A stretch of 64,000 bases of DNA from Octopus sinensis. Taxonomy: Eukaryota. The notes beneath the pieces were generated by a model, which saw only the letters and a list, made by a program, of their open reading frames with translations, ran no database searches and was not told the DNA's origin. The DNA is taken from contig NC_043009.1 in the NCBI RefSeq assembly GCF_006345805.1, positions 53,320,001 through 53,384,000 on the forward strand. Direction: 5' to 3'. The position numbers were made by a program, and so were the translations under genes. Position 1 is the stretch's first letter. Each line of letters opens with the position of its first letter. Of this stretch, positions 1 to 14,814 are shown in pieces.

Positions 1-282
1 ATATATACCCGTCACTGGGTAAGCATTTTCAGCTGAATCGACTGAAGTAACATATTCAAATGCCCTATTCACCGACGGATCAAAATCAACTCTATGGTAA
101 TGAATCGACCTCTCCAAATACTGGGACATGTTTTAGTACTATTATAATGAAGGCAGTCGGTAACTGATATTTCCAAAAGGCTGGCGAACCTTGTGGATAT
201 TCCCGTGTGATCAACGGGTACTGGCACATGAAGAAGATACAAAAAAGTAAAGCTGTTCTATATGCCCACGGGCATATAATAT

Positions 283-345
283 AATGGTTAAGAGTGCGGG
301 CTTACTAACCACAAGATTGCGAGTTTAATTCCAGGCAGTCCCTTG
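283..345 (+). mobile_element. Decayed tRNA-derived SINE head
   Basis: ATAATGGTTAAGAGTGCGGG...GAGTTTAATTCCAGG resembles Pol III A and B boxes; runs into an (AAT)n tract. Confidence 0.45.
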
Positions 346-349
346 AATA

Positions 350-409
350 AATTATAATAATAATAATATAATAATAATAATGATGATGATGATGATGATG
401 ACGTTGATG

Positions 410-479
<70 letters not shown>

Positions 480-510
480 TGTTGATGATGATGATGGTAA
501 TGATGATAAT
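350..510. repeat. (AAT)n/(GAT)n compound microsatellite
   Basis: Direct reading. Confidence 0.95.
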
Positions 511-1130
511 AAAAACTGGTGGGAATACAAACCACTTCTAGTGCTTGTAAGTGATCATATCTCACTGCTCTGGGACTTCACCATTCAAACTCATAGAAAG
601 ATATATGCAAATAGGCCAGATATCATATTGAAAGCCTTCAGACAAAAATCATGCCTCCTCATTGATATGGCTGTCCCAATCGATATAAGCGTATCTATCA
701 AGACCTACCAAAAACTGAGCAAGTATAAAGATCTTGAAATAGAAATGAGCAAAATGTGGAACCTGAAGATTAAAACAATACTTGTTGTCATAGGTACCCT
801 GAGAATGATAGGAAAGGGGCTGATTGCTACCTAGCTCAGATACTAGGAAACCCCCAAAATGGCTGAAATTCAAAAGATTGTGCTCATGGGAACTGTCCAT
901 ATTCTACGAAAGATATTATGTAATCTCAAATTTTAAAACAGTCATAATTTTCTTATGGTTTTTTAAACATTTTCTAGAACAAAACTATGTACAAAATCAA
1001 ATATATGGCACCCTAGGCATAGCACCAACATGAACTTCTAACTTGTTGTCCCTTGAGGTCGCTGGGTGAGACTTGGAGCCAACTTGTACAAATGCAAAGC
1101 AAAAGTCAAACAAAATAATAATAATAATAA
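511..1130 (+). mobile_element. 3' fragment of an RLE-type non-LTR retrotransposon (Dong/R4-like)
   Basis: LLWDFTIQT..NRPDII..LIDMAVP..KLSKYKDLEIEMSKMW is a PD-(D/E)xK restriction-like endonuclease; after a frameshift it continues AEIQKIVLMGTVHILRKIL; 3' UTR ends in (AAT)n. Confidence 0.85.
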
Positions 1131-1516
1131 CATGAACAAAAAATAACTTAGGAATGATAATCTAGGGTTGGCTTCGAAATTCTACCAGGTCACCTGAAGG
1201 AGGCTGGAGAGTAAATCAGTCGAAATGTTGTGGTAACAACAAACAAGATGAGGGCAAGTATCCGTCCAATATAAGTAATGTAAAAAGAGTGAAGGTTTAA
1301 AAGTGTACTTACCTGTGAGGATAAATTTGTTTTCACTTGGTGCATGGGATCCACGACAATCCATACAGAAATTAAGGAGATATCAAGCACTAGCAGAGCA
1401 CCAATTATAAATAGTAGTTGTTTGTCTCGTAGTAACTGCGAAGAGAAACGGAACGAAAAGAATACATCCTTATTAGAAGGTTAAATATCCTCAAACATTG
1501 AAGTTATCACTCTAAT

Positions 1517-1830
<314 letters not shown>

Positions 1831-2339
1831 CCCATTTGTGTACACAGCAGAATATTCTGAATCTGCTACACTTTCAGTACTCAAAATGCATGAAGAGAAA
1901 TATGTTTGCTGTTATTAACATCACGCCCTGGAGGAATGAATAAAAAGACAGGAGAATTTCATCAAATTTACATTAAAATGTCTGATTAAATATTGTTCTC
2001 TTTCCTTTTAATTTTCTTACCGTTTCTATTTTTTCTCTTTTTTTTCTGTCTTTTTCTTTTCGCCTGTTAAAAAACTGAATCTTAAAATCTGATGGGTCAT
2101 TCCATGAACGTATGGATGCTGGTTGCTCTCGTTCATATTTTAGATTTGAATTTCTATAATTTTGAATTTTCATCTCTTTTCATTTCGTAATCGACAAAGG
2201 CATGCTTGCTGTCAAAATATCGTTAACCAATAAGATATCTATTGTAATCGCATCGCGCTTTTCTTATATTTTAGTAATGATAATGATAGTAACAACCACA
2301 ATAATAATAATAATATTAATAATTATTATTATTAGTTTA

Positions 2340-2381
<42 letters not shown>

Positions 2382-2384
2382 GTG

Positions 2385-2610
2385 AGATTGGCTAAAGAAA
2401 GGAACACTAAAGAAAGAAACTTGGAGTACTATACGGGCAGCGCAAACCAAACTTTGGCCATAAACTTAGGAATGAGCAAGTGTCTCCACTGTGCAGCATC
2501 TGCAATAGAATGGACGAAACCATTTCCTGTCTTGTGTAGCTTCACTGTATTCTCAGCCAAGATAGAAGCGAGTATCAAAGTTCCATTCAGCAGTCTTGAT
2601 AATTGGTAAG
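2385..2610 (+). mobile_element. Decayed Dong/R4-like LINE fragment (zinc-knuckle region)
   Basis: Frames give WLKKGTLKKETWSTIRAAQ and PLCSICNRMDETISCLV, matching the post-RT linker and CCHC knuckle of RLE LINEs; directly follows (AAT)n. Confidence 0.7.
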
Positions 2611-3977
2611 AATTCTCGGCATGAAACCAATAGTAGCGTTGTTAATCAAGAAATAAAGAACATGTATCCACCCATGTTGTGTTGAGTACTCACTCTCACA
2701 GCTGGATAATAGCATGTATATACATACATTCATACATACTCACCCCTATACTCACACCCCACATACACACACTCACATAAATATATATACATATGCTCAC
2801 AACCACACACATACACAGACAAATACACACACACACATATGCGATCAACTTCTCACACTTTCCGTCTCACAAATTCCCTCACAAGGCATATATCAACATG
2901 GTGCTATAGTAGAAATTTACCTAGGGTGCAGCCTAGTGAAAATGAACTGAAAGCCATGCATGTACATGTATATATACGCACACACAAACACACACACCAC
3001 ACACACACACACACGCACACACACACAAACACACACATATATACATGTACATAGAGAGAGAGAGAGAGAGAGAGATGTATATATACATATATATATGTCC
3101 ACACATACATATATACATCTATATATACATACATATGTATGTGTGTGTTTGAGAGAGAGAGACGGTTGTGTGTGTGTAACTAGCTAACAAAATAGATTGA
3201 TAGATAGATAGATATATAGATGTGTGCGTGTATAAATATATGTCCTTGTGGAAAATTTAACGTTAGGATATAAGGTAATATGATTTATTGGCAGGATGCT
3301 CCTCCAATTCGTATTACTATTAATATGTGAAATTAATATACTATTAATATTCATTTTCTTGCATTTTCGTTTCTTATTTATTTCATTCTTATTTTCGTTT
3401 TCATTAGCCGTCTTCTATTTTTACATAAAGTATCTTAAATTATTCTACGTTTCGTCAAATCTCTAATAGAATTAGAATTTCATTATCTTTATAAGTCTAT
3501 TAGTAGCAATGAGAACTGTATAGAGATATGATAATAGAGAAAACAGGAAAAGATACTTATTGAAAATACATTCCAGTTATAGATATAATATTTTGTACTT
3601 TGTTTCTATTTTCCATCGTCTTCTTTATTCAAAGAGAACTTCAGGACAAATATAATGAAATTTGTGAACAAGCATTGTTTGTATATATACTCAACCAGTG
3701 AAAGGTCGTTGTTACTGCTGACATAAAAATACCAACACGTTTGCATTCTAATACCAGGAAATTACTACATTAGTGTACACACAGACAGACAGACAGACAG
3801 GCAGGCACAAACACACTCACACACACATACGCACATACAGATTTGGGTGCTTGTGTGAGTACACGTGTGTGAATCTATATACATTTATTTGCACACATGT
3901 ACATATATACATTTATATGTATATATACATTTATACATTTATACATATACATATATACATTTATATACACATATATG

Positions 3978-4020
<43 letters not shown>

Positions 4021-4295
4021 CACGTGATCACGTGACCGACCAGACCATCAGATGTTGTTACACATCGCTGGTCACAATGCGTTCGCATTGTTTTAGCCTT
4101 TGAATGACGCCACCCCGCTGGCTAAGCGAGCAGGCCAACAGAAGAGTACAGCAGGGATCACCACCCACTGCCGGAGCCTCGTGGAAGTTTTAGGTGTTTT
4201 CGCTCAATAAACACTCACAACGCCCGGTCTGGGAATCGAAACCGCGATCCTACGACCGCGAGTCCGCTGCCCTAACCACTGGGCCATTGCGCCTC

Positions 4296-4298
<3 letters not shown>
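4021..4298 (-). mobile_element. tRNA(Arg)-like-head SINE, family B copy 1
   Basis: Minus strand GTGGAGGCGCAATGGCCCAGTGGTTAGGGCAGCGGACTCGCGG...GGTTTCGATTCCC carries A and B boxes; high identity to 5927-6218. Confidence 0.85.
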
Positions 4299-4333
<35 letters not shown>

Positions 4334-5804
4334 CATACTCACATATATATGACACGCGCACCCCACATATATATATATATACACCGTATGTACGAACATA
4401 TGTATTAGAAAAGGCAACGCATTGAGTTAGTATAGTATCATGTTAAGCTGAGATTTTACAACGTTGTTACACTGATTTCACCTTAAACCTTTTAGAATTG
4501 TGCCCGCCTTTGTGTTTTTGTTTAACAAACTCTTATCCTCGTAATCTCCTGAAATCTGACGAATCTAATAACCTTGAATTACGATAAGTCTGTCACCTTT
4601 AAAACTTACATTTCATTGGAAGTTTTATAAGCATTTAAGTGCTTTTGTTGTCTTACGTTAAAAATGATTTCCTGTGGTCGTTAGCTTGGAACTAAAAGTA
4701 CATCAACACTTTTTATGTTTCTTCTGTATGGCGAAGAGCAATCTTCCGAAACGTTAAATTCTTCACTCATCACGACAATAACACGGATCAATCCCTGCTA
4801 TGAACTCACCAATCATTTCGTTGTTATTCTGATATCAAATTTCACTGGTCTTAAAATACCTTAGAATGTCTTACCTTAAACATCTTATCATACATGTTGC
4901 CTTTAAAACAATAAATATAAGTTTGGGAATTAATTATCAACCTATTTAGAATCTGAAACAATCATTTGCAACACTATGTTTTGTTTATTCTGTTTTTATT
5001 TCAATATATTTTGGTCTACCTGTTCGATGTATATACTGACCCAATATGACTTCTCTTTGTGGATTTTGTAACAATTTTAGTAACGCATCAATGTGTAAAT
5101 GGTTCATACATTTATGTGAAAGCAGACTGTAGAGTAAATACAAGAGTTAGATTAAAATGATTACCTTGCTACGTATCACACCACTGTGAGCTCGGGTAAA
5201 TATTTGGTGAACCCGATAGGTTTTAGAAAACATTGCACCGAATGCCAATGAGAATCCTGCAGCGAACAAGAATGCGCGAGTCTGAAAGGAAAGAAAACGA
5301 TAAATTAATATTCCTCAACAGAGGTAGAAAAAAAAGAGGAGTTTCTGTATTGCATAATTTGCGTTTCTGCGTTATTATGCTTCGTCAGCTATGGACAGAG
5401 AACTCGTCGTTCATAGCCCACTAAGAAACGGCCGAGTCTACCCACATCTGTGTGTACACAAACGTTTTACATAAATTGTACACACATATTTTAATCAACG
5501 CTGCTTCTGATGCTTCTCGTTAATTGATCAAACTAGAATAAATTAACGAGAGACACCCGAAGTTTTGCGCATATCAACAAATGTAATATTTTCTTTTGAA
5601 TCATAAAAAACAGGTGTCTCTTATTAGCTATTAATGGTAGCTTACATTTGTAAAGTTATCACTGATAAAGAATACAAACCCTCACACAAGATGTTCGTCT
5701 ATATTCCACATATTTTTCTGTATTCAATAGCAGTTGGATATGCCCCGAAATATATTTCATAACACCCAGTGTAAAACCTATAATATTTGAACATATACAT
5801 ACAT

Positions 5805-5865
<61 letters not shown>

Positions 5866-5894
5866 ACACACACAATATATATATATATATTATA

Positions 5895-5926
<32 letters not shown>

Positions 5927-5927
<1 letters not shown>

Positions 5928-6218
5928 CACCCTGATCACCGTGACCGACCAGGGTATCAGATGTTGATACACATCGCTGGTTACAATGCGCTACGCATTG
6001 TTTTAGCCTTTAGATGACGCCACCCCGCTGGCTAAGCGAAGAGGCCAACAGAAGAAAGAGTGAGAGAAAGTTGTGGCGAGAGAGTACAGCAGGGATCGCC
6101 ACCACTCCCTGCCGGAGCCTCGTGGAGTTTTAGGTGTTTTCGCTCAATAAACGCTCACAATGCCCGGTCTGTGAATCGAACCCGCGATCCTACGACTGCG
6201 AGCCCGCTGCCCTAACCA
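5927..6218 (-). mobile_element. SINE family B copy 2 (extreme 5' end lost)
   Basis: Aligns to 4021-4298 with one extra internal segment. Confidence 0.85.
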
Positions 6219-6554
6219 TATATATATATATACATACATACATACATACAGAATAACGAGGCTAAGATATAAGAAATTCATTAGCAGGCATTACACACAG
6301 CATTCCCTTTATCAGCTATGCGAACAGACATCACTATTGTTTCGACACCTGGGCAGCACTATAGATTCTGGCGATGTCTATAGCGTTAAACATATAAACA
6401 ACGCCTGAAATCTATCAACTTGTTACTACAAGTAACAACATGAGAATAAACAAATAGTGCTAACATAGCTGAAAAATGAAATATAAAACAAAGAACTAAT
6501 TCCCAAAAGGACATTCGGACATTACGATAGACATTGACACAATACAAAGACACA

Positions 6555-6561
6555 TACACAC

Positions 6562-6644
<83 letters not shown>

Positions 6645-6653
6645 ATCTATCTA

Positions 6654-6689
<36 letters not shown>

Positions 6690-6789
6690 TATATACATAC
6701 ATACATATATATACATATATATATATATATATACTTACATATATATATATATATATTATATACATGCATACATTATATAATATATATAG

Positions 6790-6822
<33 letters not shown>

Positions 6823-6823
6823 A

Positions 6824-6884
<61 letters not shown>

Positions 6885-6940
6885 AGTATTATATACACAT
6901 ACATACAAACATATATATACATATACGTACATATAGGTGT
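6555..6940. repeat. (TATC)n then degenerate (TA)n tract
   Basis: Direct reading. Confidence 0.95.
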
Positions 6941-7573
6941 GTGTATGTATATAGATCTCGTCACTATAATTTTTTCTGTACCAATTCCTATCCAGAATAT
7001 AAAACTGTCAATTCCTCTCATTGTACTGTCTGTCTTTTGCTCTTTAACTCTTCGACAAGTTAGATATCCTTCTGTCGCTACTTTCTTTGATATCGCCTAA
7101 TTTTTTGGTACACGGAGATTTTATTTATTTAGATATATATTCTCTCTCTCTCTCTCTCTCCCTCTCGCATGTTTGTTGTTTTATTATTACTTACTCTGCT
7201 AGAAAGTAACGAGTTACTACCAGTCTGTCTCACATTCACCTTTCACATAGAAAGCCTCCATACATTTTCCTTCGCCTTACTTTGAACCAAGCGCAATTTT
7301 GTTGTTTTTTCGATGTGTGTATTTTCTTTCAACTTTTCCCTGTACGTCTATGCTCACGTCTATTTGTGCAGACGCTTTTCCAAAACGTGTCTAAATGTAT
7401 ATACATCTGTTCCTACTTTTTTTGTCCATGCACATACGACGGGTAGCTGGAAATTTCCTTGCTTTAAGGTTATCGCGAAAGGCCTGGCTAGAGGCCCAAC
7501 CTTCCGAGTTCTATTACAGGGCTAAAAAAAAAAACTGAAGCACCTCTGTAGTATGTGCATCTGAGAGGGAACG

Positions 7574-7731
7574 TAGGAGTGGCTGTGTGGTAAGAAGCTT
7601 GCTGACGAACCACATGGTTCCGGGTTCAGTCCCACTGTGTGGCACCTTGGGCAAGAGTCTTCTTCTATAGCCTCGGGCCGACCAAAGCCTTGTGAGTGCA
7701 TTTGGTAGACGGAAACTGAAAGACGCCCGTC

Positions 7732-7779
<48 letters not shown>

Positions 7780-7988
7780 ATGTGTTTGTGTGTCTGTGTT
7801 TGTCCCCCCCAACATCGCTTGACAACCGATGCTTGTGTGTTTACGTCTCCGTAACTTAGCGGTGCGGCAAAAGAGACTGATAGAATAAGTACTAGGTTTA
7901 CAAAGAATAAGTCCTGGGGTCGATTTGCCCGACTAAAGGCGGTGCTCCAGAAAGGCCGCAGTCAAATGACTGAAACAAGTAAAAGAGA
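7574..7988 (+). mobile_element. Abundant tRNA-derived SINE family A with internal (TA)n(TG)n tract
   Basis: GTGGCTGTGTGGTAAG..GGTTCAGTCCC head and GGCCGCAGTCAAATGACTGAAACAAGTAAAAGAG tail; about nine copies or partial copies in the window. Confidence 0.9.
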
Positions 7989-7992
7989 TCCT

Positions 7993-8042
7993 TCTGTATT
8001 TTATTTTACCCAAAGCCAGGAACTTTTTAGCGACCCCTCGTA
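7993..8042 (-). mobile_element. Solo mariner-like terminal inverted repeat
   Basis: Minus strand TA|CGAGGGGTCGCTAAAAAGTTCCTGGCTTT resembles mariner TIRs with a TA target. Confidence 0.45.
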
Positions 8043-8426
8043 TTCTGCCAACGAATTCTTTCCAATCGTCGTAACAAACAGACTTAGCTATAACACAGAG
8101 CCAGGTAGATATTTCATATCGTACATTAGAGTAAGAAAACGAAACATGATTAATGCTGTGTAACTTAACGCTGAATCTTGCAGCCACGAAAATATTGAAT
8201 CCGCAAATTCTTCGTCTCAGTTTATTTTATCATTTAATGTTAATGGATTTGAAGCAGTGTGGATTTGAAAATTAAAAAATGGTACACAAATGTGGACAAA
8301 GACTGTGAATGTGTCGCAGTGTGCATACAGCATTTCCCCTCATGTTTGTGTCCATACACATAATGTACAGAAGAATTGCTTTAAATCGTACTTACACAGC
8401 GTGCTGTCAATCTCCTTTTACCTCCG

Positions 8427-8480
<54 letters not shown>

Positions 8481-8501
8481 GTCTGTCTGTCTGTCTGTCT
8501 T

Positions 8502-8562
<61 letters not shown>

Positions 8563-8971
8563 ATATCTATCTATCTATCTATCAGCACGCAACCCCCCCC
8601 CCACATACAAACACACTCACACATATATATCATAAATATTATTAAATAAATATACTAATGTATATGCTTTTTGTATTTCCCGGTGGCTGCAATGGCGTAG
8701 CGGGGTATATAAGTCTCATGTCACCTTAAAGCCATGGACAGGGTGGTAATACACCCTTAATCCTATCTGAGAGTGATGGACATCGATGTTTCACCATTTT
8801 TGTGGCTCTTCAACATCACACACCCGCCTGGGTTGAAGGCGAGGCACCTAAAAGTACCAGCAACTTATATGCTAACGGCTTGTAAAATCATGAGCTGGTA
8901 TGCCCGTAAATTGCATAACTAAGACAAAATTTATGTATGAAGTGTAATCACCTTTAATATAATAAATATTC

Positions 8972-9168
8972 TGTTGTGTCTGGGGAGAGTCATTTTCTTA
9001 TTGTGCCTTATAATTTAACACACTCACCGGTAAAATTTCCACTTACTTCTTATTTTTATTTTCCTAAAATTTTCGTTGCGTCTTGCAATCTTTTCAATAG
9101 TCAAGACTATTTTACCGGCGAGTCTGTTACATTATATGGAGCGAAAATGACTCTCCCCAGCCACAACA
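8972..9168. mobile_element. 197-bp foldback element with about 65-bp imperfect inverted arms
   Basis: TGTTGTGTCTGGGGAGAGTCATTTTC...CACCGGTAAAAT versus ATTTTACCGGCGAG...GAAAATGACTCTCCCCAGCCACAACA. Confidence 0.75.
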
Positions 9169-9659
9169 TAATATGCTTCAACACACGAACTCATGTGAAG
9201 AATCTTGCAAACCAAATCCAAAATTGAAATATAATTAATATTATTAAATATGTATATGTCCATGAATTTTATAGACTTCGTCGCAAGTCCTGACCCTCAT
9301 TTACAATACACAAGATTTTCTTTTCCCTCTTTAGTTTTGCCCTCTCTTGCTATCATCATGATGGTCATCGTCGTCGTCATTGGTCCTGTTTCATCTCGGC
9401 GACTAAATATCAACAATTATTCCTATTGACATATTGGTTACTTTTAACTCTGCCGCCCTCTCTATTACAAATAGTATTTCAGATTTGCTCCTACAGTTCG
9501 TAGTATTTCATGCTCACCTTTCAAAGAAATAAACCCAATTATTTCATTATATATCATTACTTTTAATAATTGTATTTGTTTTTCTTAATTTCTTATTTTT
9601 TATTAGTGTAATTTTTTTAGTGTATTCCTTAAATTATTTCGCTCTTAATTTTTCACACA

Positions 9660-9902
9660 TAACATCAACTACTACACACACACCTCTCTACTACATACTA
9701 CCACCACCACCACCACACCAATACTACTACTACTACTACTATACACCACCCCACCACCACACACAACTACTTACTACTACTATTACTACTAACCTACCAC
9801 CACCACCACCACCACAACACCACCCACCACACCACTACCACACCAACACTACTACTACCTACTACTACTACTACTACCTGCTGCCTGCCTACTATAATAC
9901 TA

Positions 9903-9939
<37 letters not shown>

Positions 9940-9970
9940 GCTACTGCTGCTACAACTGCTGCTGCTGCCT
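9660..9970. repeat. Degenerate (ACT)n/(ACC)n/(GCT)n triplet tract
   Basis: Direct reading. Confidence 0.9.
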
Positions 9971-10490
9971 TTCCTTATTTCTCAATTAAAAAAAAATATT
10001 TATTCTATTTCCATCGTCCATAAATATCACCACTTCCACTACTACACAGCATCCACCCATTTCACAACTACACAATTTATAACCAGTACCAAGCCAAGCC
10101 CTTGAAGACGAAGTTCACAGCTATAGCTATTTTTTTCTAAAAATCTTTTTTTCAACATATATATTTCTTTAGCCGTTTAACCTTTAACCTATTCACTCCT
10201 ACCCTGCCACCCCCCCATGCTGCCCGATTTCCACACTGTCCATCTTCGAGTGTTTCATCAATGATATTTTTTCCTTTCTCCCTTATACAGTTTTTCCATT
10301 ATAATCTTTTAACATCTATTTTTCATCATAGTTATCTTCTATATTTCATTATCAATACGCTTATCAATAGTTACGTATCATTTTTAAACGTCATTATGAT
10401 CGTCAAGATAATATCTACAACTATCACTTTATATCTAATTTAATCCTATATTCACTATTCTCTTTATTATTATCATCATCATCATTATTA

Positions 10491-10541
<51 letters not shown>

Positions 10542-10589
10542 CTCCGTTATCTACACTTTAACTCTACATAACCCATTACTAACAAGTAG

Positions 10590-10910
<321 letters not shown>

Positions 10911-11771
10911 GACCGTATATGTGTTGGTTGCAACGAATGTCGTAGGCACACGTACACTGCAAATTGAAGCTTTTCTTTACATAATGAAAATATTGCGAAT
11001 AGGCATAGTAGAGTTTCGAACCATCAGAGGTGTTGGCATCTCTTGGATGTTTCCAGTAGCCGATATCTTTATATACAAAACATATATAATAGCTTCAGAG
11101 AACTTGAACTGCTAATTTGTATGCTTAACAGTTTATTAAATATCAGCGAACGTTGTAGAAAGCATAATTGGTGTTTTTTTAAACCTTTGATATGAGTTTA
11201 TCAGCGTGTCTCCAAGCGGAATGTTGCTATTACATAAGTCGTTTGACACGTTTTCTCGGTGCTATGGGCAAAAAAATACAGTATCATATTTGCCCTTCCG
11301 TTCTCAGTCATGCATACTGTATGTAAGCAAGTTGGTGAAGTAAAGAAGTAAAGATAGATAGAATATGAATGAATTGGAAAATATATATCAAGAGTGTCGA
11401 CATAGAAGCGAAACTTCGAAGACATTAATAGACACACACGTGCTCGCGTACATCCAAGTGAAGAGACACACAGCTACACATACATAGTTATACAAACCGG
11501 GGAAAACGGAAAGAAAATAAAAGGGTTTTGAGTCAGTTTATGATTAATCATTACAACAATCACACTGTTAGCAACCACAAATCACTTACTGCAAAGTATG
11601 AAAACAAAAACGGTTTATGTGCCCATCTGTCCAATTTTATGGTATTTAGGATAAGCGTTATCCAGTGTGGCAGGTATAGTTTCCTGCTATTATGTTTCTG
11701 AACAAGATTGTAAATGGGATACAGTTACATGTTGCCTGCATTCGTGCACACACAAATACGCACGCACGCAC

Positions 11772-11802
<31 letters not shown>

Positions 11803-12690
11803 AACACATACACGCATATCTAAAGACCCAGTCGTAGTTTTATATACATGCACAGACATACACAGACGTGAATAAAATCATGCAATCATACACATGCATA
11901 CACAGGTAATTATATCGTGTAACAATCTCGCTGCCTTAAAGCGCTACCGCATATCTAATACACGCTTGCTCTGTCCCTGCAAGACCGTCACGCGTGTATT
12001 CGACTGTTAACATCGCAAATACGCCAGAAAGCTGTACAGATTAGTCACAGAATATTATAGAGCACTGCAGGTATCCGAGGTGCCGTAGCCACTTTCATAT
12101 GACATCCACAGTGCACCTACACGGGAAATTTTAATATCATTAGGGTCCCATATCATTACCATACACACATATAAGTCACTGTGTGTGGTGTGTGTGTGTG
12201 TGTGTCGTTTGTAGAAGACATAAATCCGGAGAAGCACAATTCAAGATGTATATCGATTATACAAAATCCGTTCTAGCTGTCTGTGTGTGTGTCTTCTAGG
12301 ATCTCCAGCCGGGCATCCTCCATCCGATTGCGCTCAAATTTGATATGTAGATACCGACGGTATCAGGGCGTGTATAAGTCTTGAGAAAATTACAAAAATT
12401 GATTCCAGGAGAGAATGTGATCAATGAAGCCGTGGGAACGTGCATTTGTACGCACAAGTGCATCAGCTATTGCGATCGACAGTACGCGTACGCGAGAAAA
12501 ATGCACGTGCAGTTTGCGCAAAAAAAGCCGGCTATCTTTATTTCTTCTTTCGGTGGTGTCTCAAATTTAGGTTAAATCAGTGTTTCTCAAAGGGGAGGCC
12601 TATGAGACGGCCGTACAAGTTGTTTTGAGAAAACTTGGTTTAAATGTTTGACAATTCAGCACCGTCCATTGGACGGGTGGCATTTTGCTC

Positions 12691-12728
<38 letters not shown>

Positions 12729-12730
<2 letters not shown>

Positions 12731-12890
12731 AGAGTTTACGAAAAAAACAAAAGACGAAGACAGGCGGTGTATAGAACAAACAGATGTATTAGTATAACGC
12801 TCAGAATAGAAATAGTCTTTTACGTTTCGAGCCTACGCTCTTCTACAGAAAGGGACACAGAAAAAACAAGGAGAGAAAAAATGAGACAAT
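12729..12890 (-). mobile_element. Short PLE-type terminal repeat with variant hammerhead-like motif
   Basis: Near-identical to 35375-35580 and similar to 63095-63300, which lies downstream of a PLE ORF end; TA-tract flanks. Confidence 0.7.
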
Positions 12891-12926
12891 ATATAATATA
12901 TATATATATACATATACATACATACA

Positions 12927-12970
<44 letters not shown>

Positions 12971-13399
12971 CCATATATATATACAATGACACATACACAT
13001 ATACATAACCAGACATACTAAATACACATACACGTGCATACAGAAGCACAGAAACACACCCATTGATAAACATACATACACACATTTCACAAACGGTTGT
13101 CGAGTGCATGGCTTTATATAGCTCAGTGTGAAATGGAGAATATTTATCAAACAAGGTATTGTTGATTAAACTCTTATCAGCTCACTATCTTGAATGAATC
13201 GATTTTTTTATTAATCGAACTATTACCGAAGAAATGAAATTTCTGAAAGAATTAATACCCAATAATTATTAAGGAATAGAGATAAAACAGATATACTTGC
13301 AAATCGTAGTTCAGTTTTTGCTCTATCCAATTATAGCTTTTTATACATTCTTTTGAATATACATGTGTGTGTGCGTTTGTATGAGCCTGTGTGTATGTG

Positions 13400-13455
<56 letters not shown>

Positions 13456-13513
13456 ATATATAATATATATATACATATATATATATATATACAAATATAT
13501 ATATACATATATA

Positions 13514-13559
<46 letters not shown>

Positions 13560-13584
13560 ATATATATATATATATAATATATAA

Positions 13585-14555
13585 TATCGATAACTGGCTC
13601 CAGCTCTGAGAGCCCTGCATTGAACCATATATTACTGCATACCTCTCCCGTCTTCTCTCCAGGGAGTAGAGTCTTAGCTGTTTCCCAGTAGCTGAGCTGT
13701 TGCAAAGAGACGATCTTCTTTGTGAATCTTCTCTGGATTGCTTCAAGGTCCGCTGTTAATTTTACACTGGTGGGTGACCATAGCTGTGAGCAGTAATCCA
13801 GGCGGCTGGTCCGCCAGAGGACCATCATGGTTTCCTTATCTCTGGTTCTGAATGTTCTTAGGATCCACCAAGCCAGTCGTCTGCACTTTGTCGCCATCCT
13901 GGTAATGTGCACTTGGAAAGAGGTATCATCACTCATGTCGATACCTAGGTCCCTCACAGACTTAGGCTCTGGGATTGAAATTCCCTGTGAACCTGTAAGT
14001 TTAATATCCTGTAAGTTTAATATTCAGTTTTGGATGCTGGTAGCGCAGGGCCTGGAATTTTTCAGCATTAAACTGCATATTATTATCCTCAGCCCATCTG
14101 TAAATTGAGCCCAACTCCTGCTGCAGGTGTGCAACATCGCTGGGGTTCTGTGTTTTCTGCGAGACTTTCGTATCGTCTGCATAGCTGGCCAGAGTGGCTA
14201 TCAGGGCATTTGAGGGCATATCTGAGAGGGCCACTATAAAATGCAGTGGTCCCAAGACAGTGCCTTGTGGAACACCGCTTACTATTTGTGTATTCATAGA
14301 GGTGGGTGGCTCCATTAGCCACTACTGCCTGACTCCCCTCTTTCAGGAAGTCATGTAACCAGCTATGCCGATGTCCCGCAGTTTGTGGCATATCATACCT
14401 TGTCAAAAGTTTTTGCAAAATCAAGGTATTACGTCCACATTTGATTTGTTGAGTAACCGCCTCAACACCCTGTCATAATGTTGTAAGAGCTGGGTCAGGC
14501 AGCTCCTACCTGGTCGAAAACCATGCTAGGTATCACTCAGCAAGTTATTTTTCAA
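13585..14555 (-). mobile_element. CR1/L2-group LINE reverse transcriptase fragment (frameshifted)
   Basis: HGFRPGRSCLTQLL, SGVPQGTVLGPLHF, YADDTK, SRLDYCSQLWSP and YSLERRRERY motifs across broken frames. Confidence 0.9.
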
Positions 14556-14635
14556 TATATATATTATATATTTATATATGTATATATATTATATGTATTA
14601 TGCGGATATTTATACATATATATATATAAATATAC

Positions 14636-14670
<35 letters not shown>

Positions 14671-14693
14671 TATAAGAATTATGCGGATATATG

Positions 14694-14725
<32 letters not shown>

Positions 14726-14746
14726 AAATATGTATGTATATATATC

Positions 14747-14777
<31 letters not shown>

Positions 14778-14814
14778 TTATGCGGATATATATTATATAT
14801 ATAATATATATATA

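Noticed and set aside
5030-5220. Possible second Helitron end on the minus strand
   Set aside because: Similarity is too weak to support
5345-5395. Minus-strand CUGACGA..GAAAC candidate
   Set aside because: No NUH site or stem I
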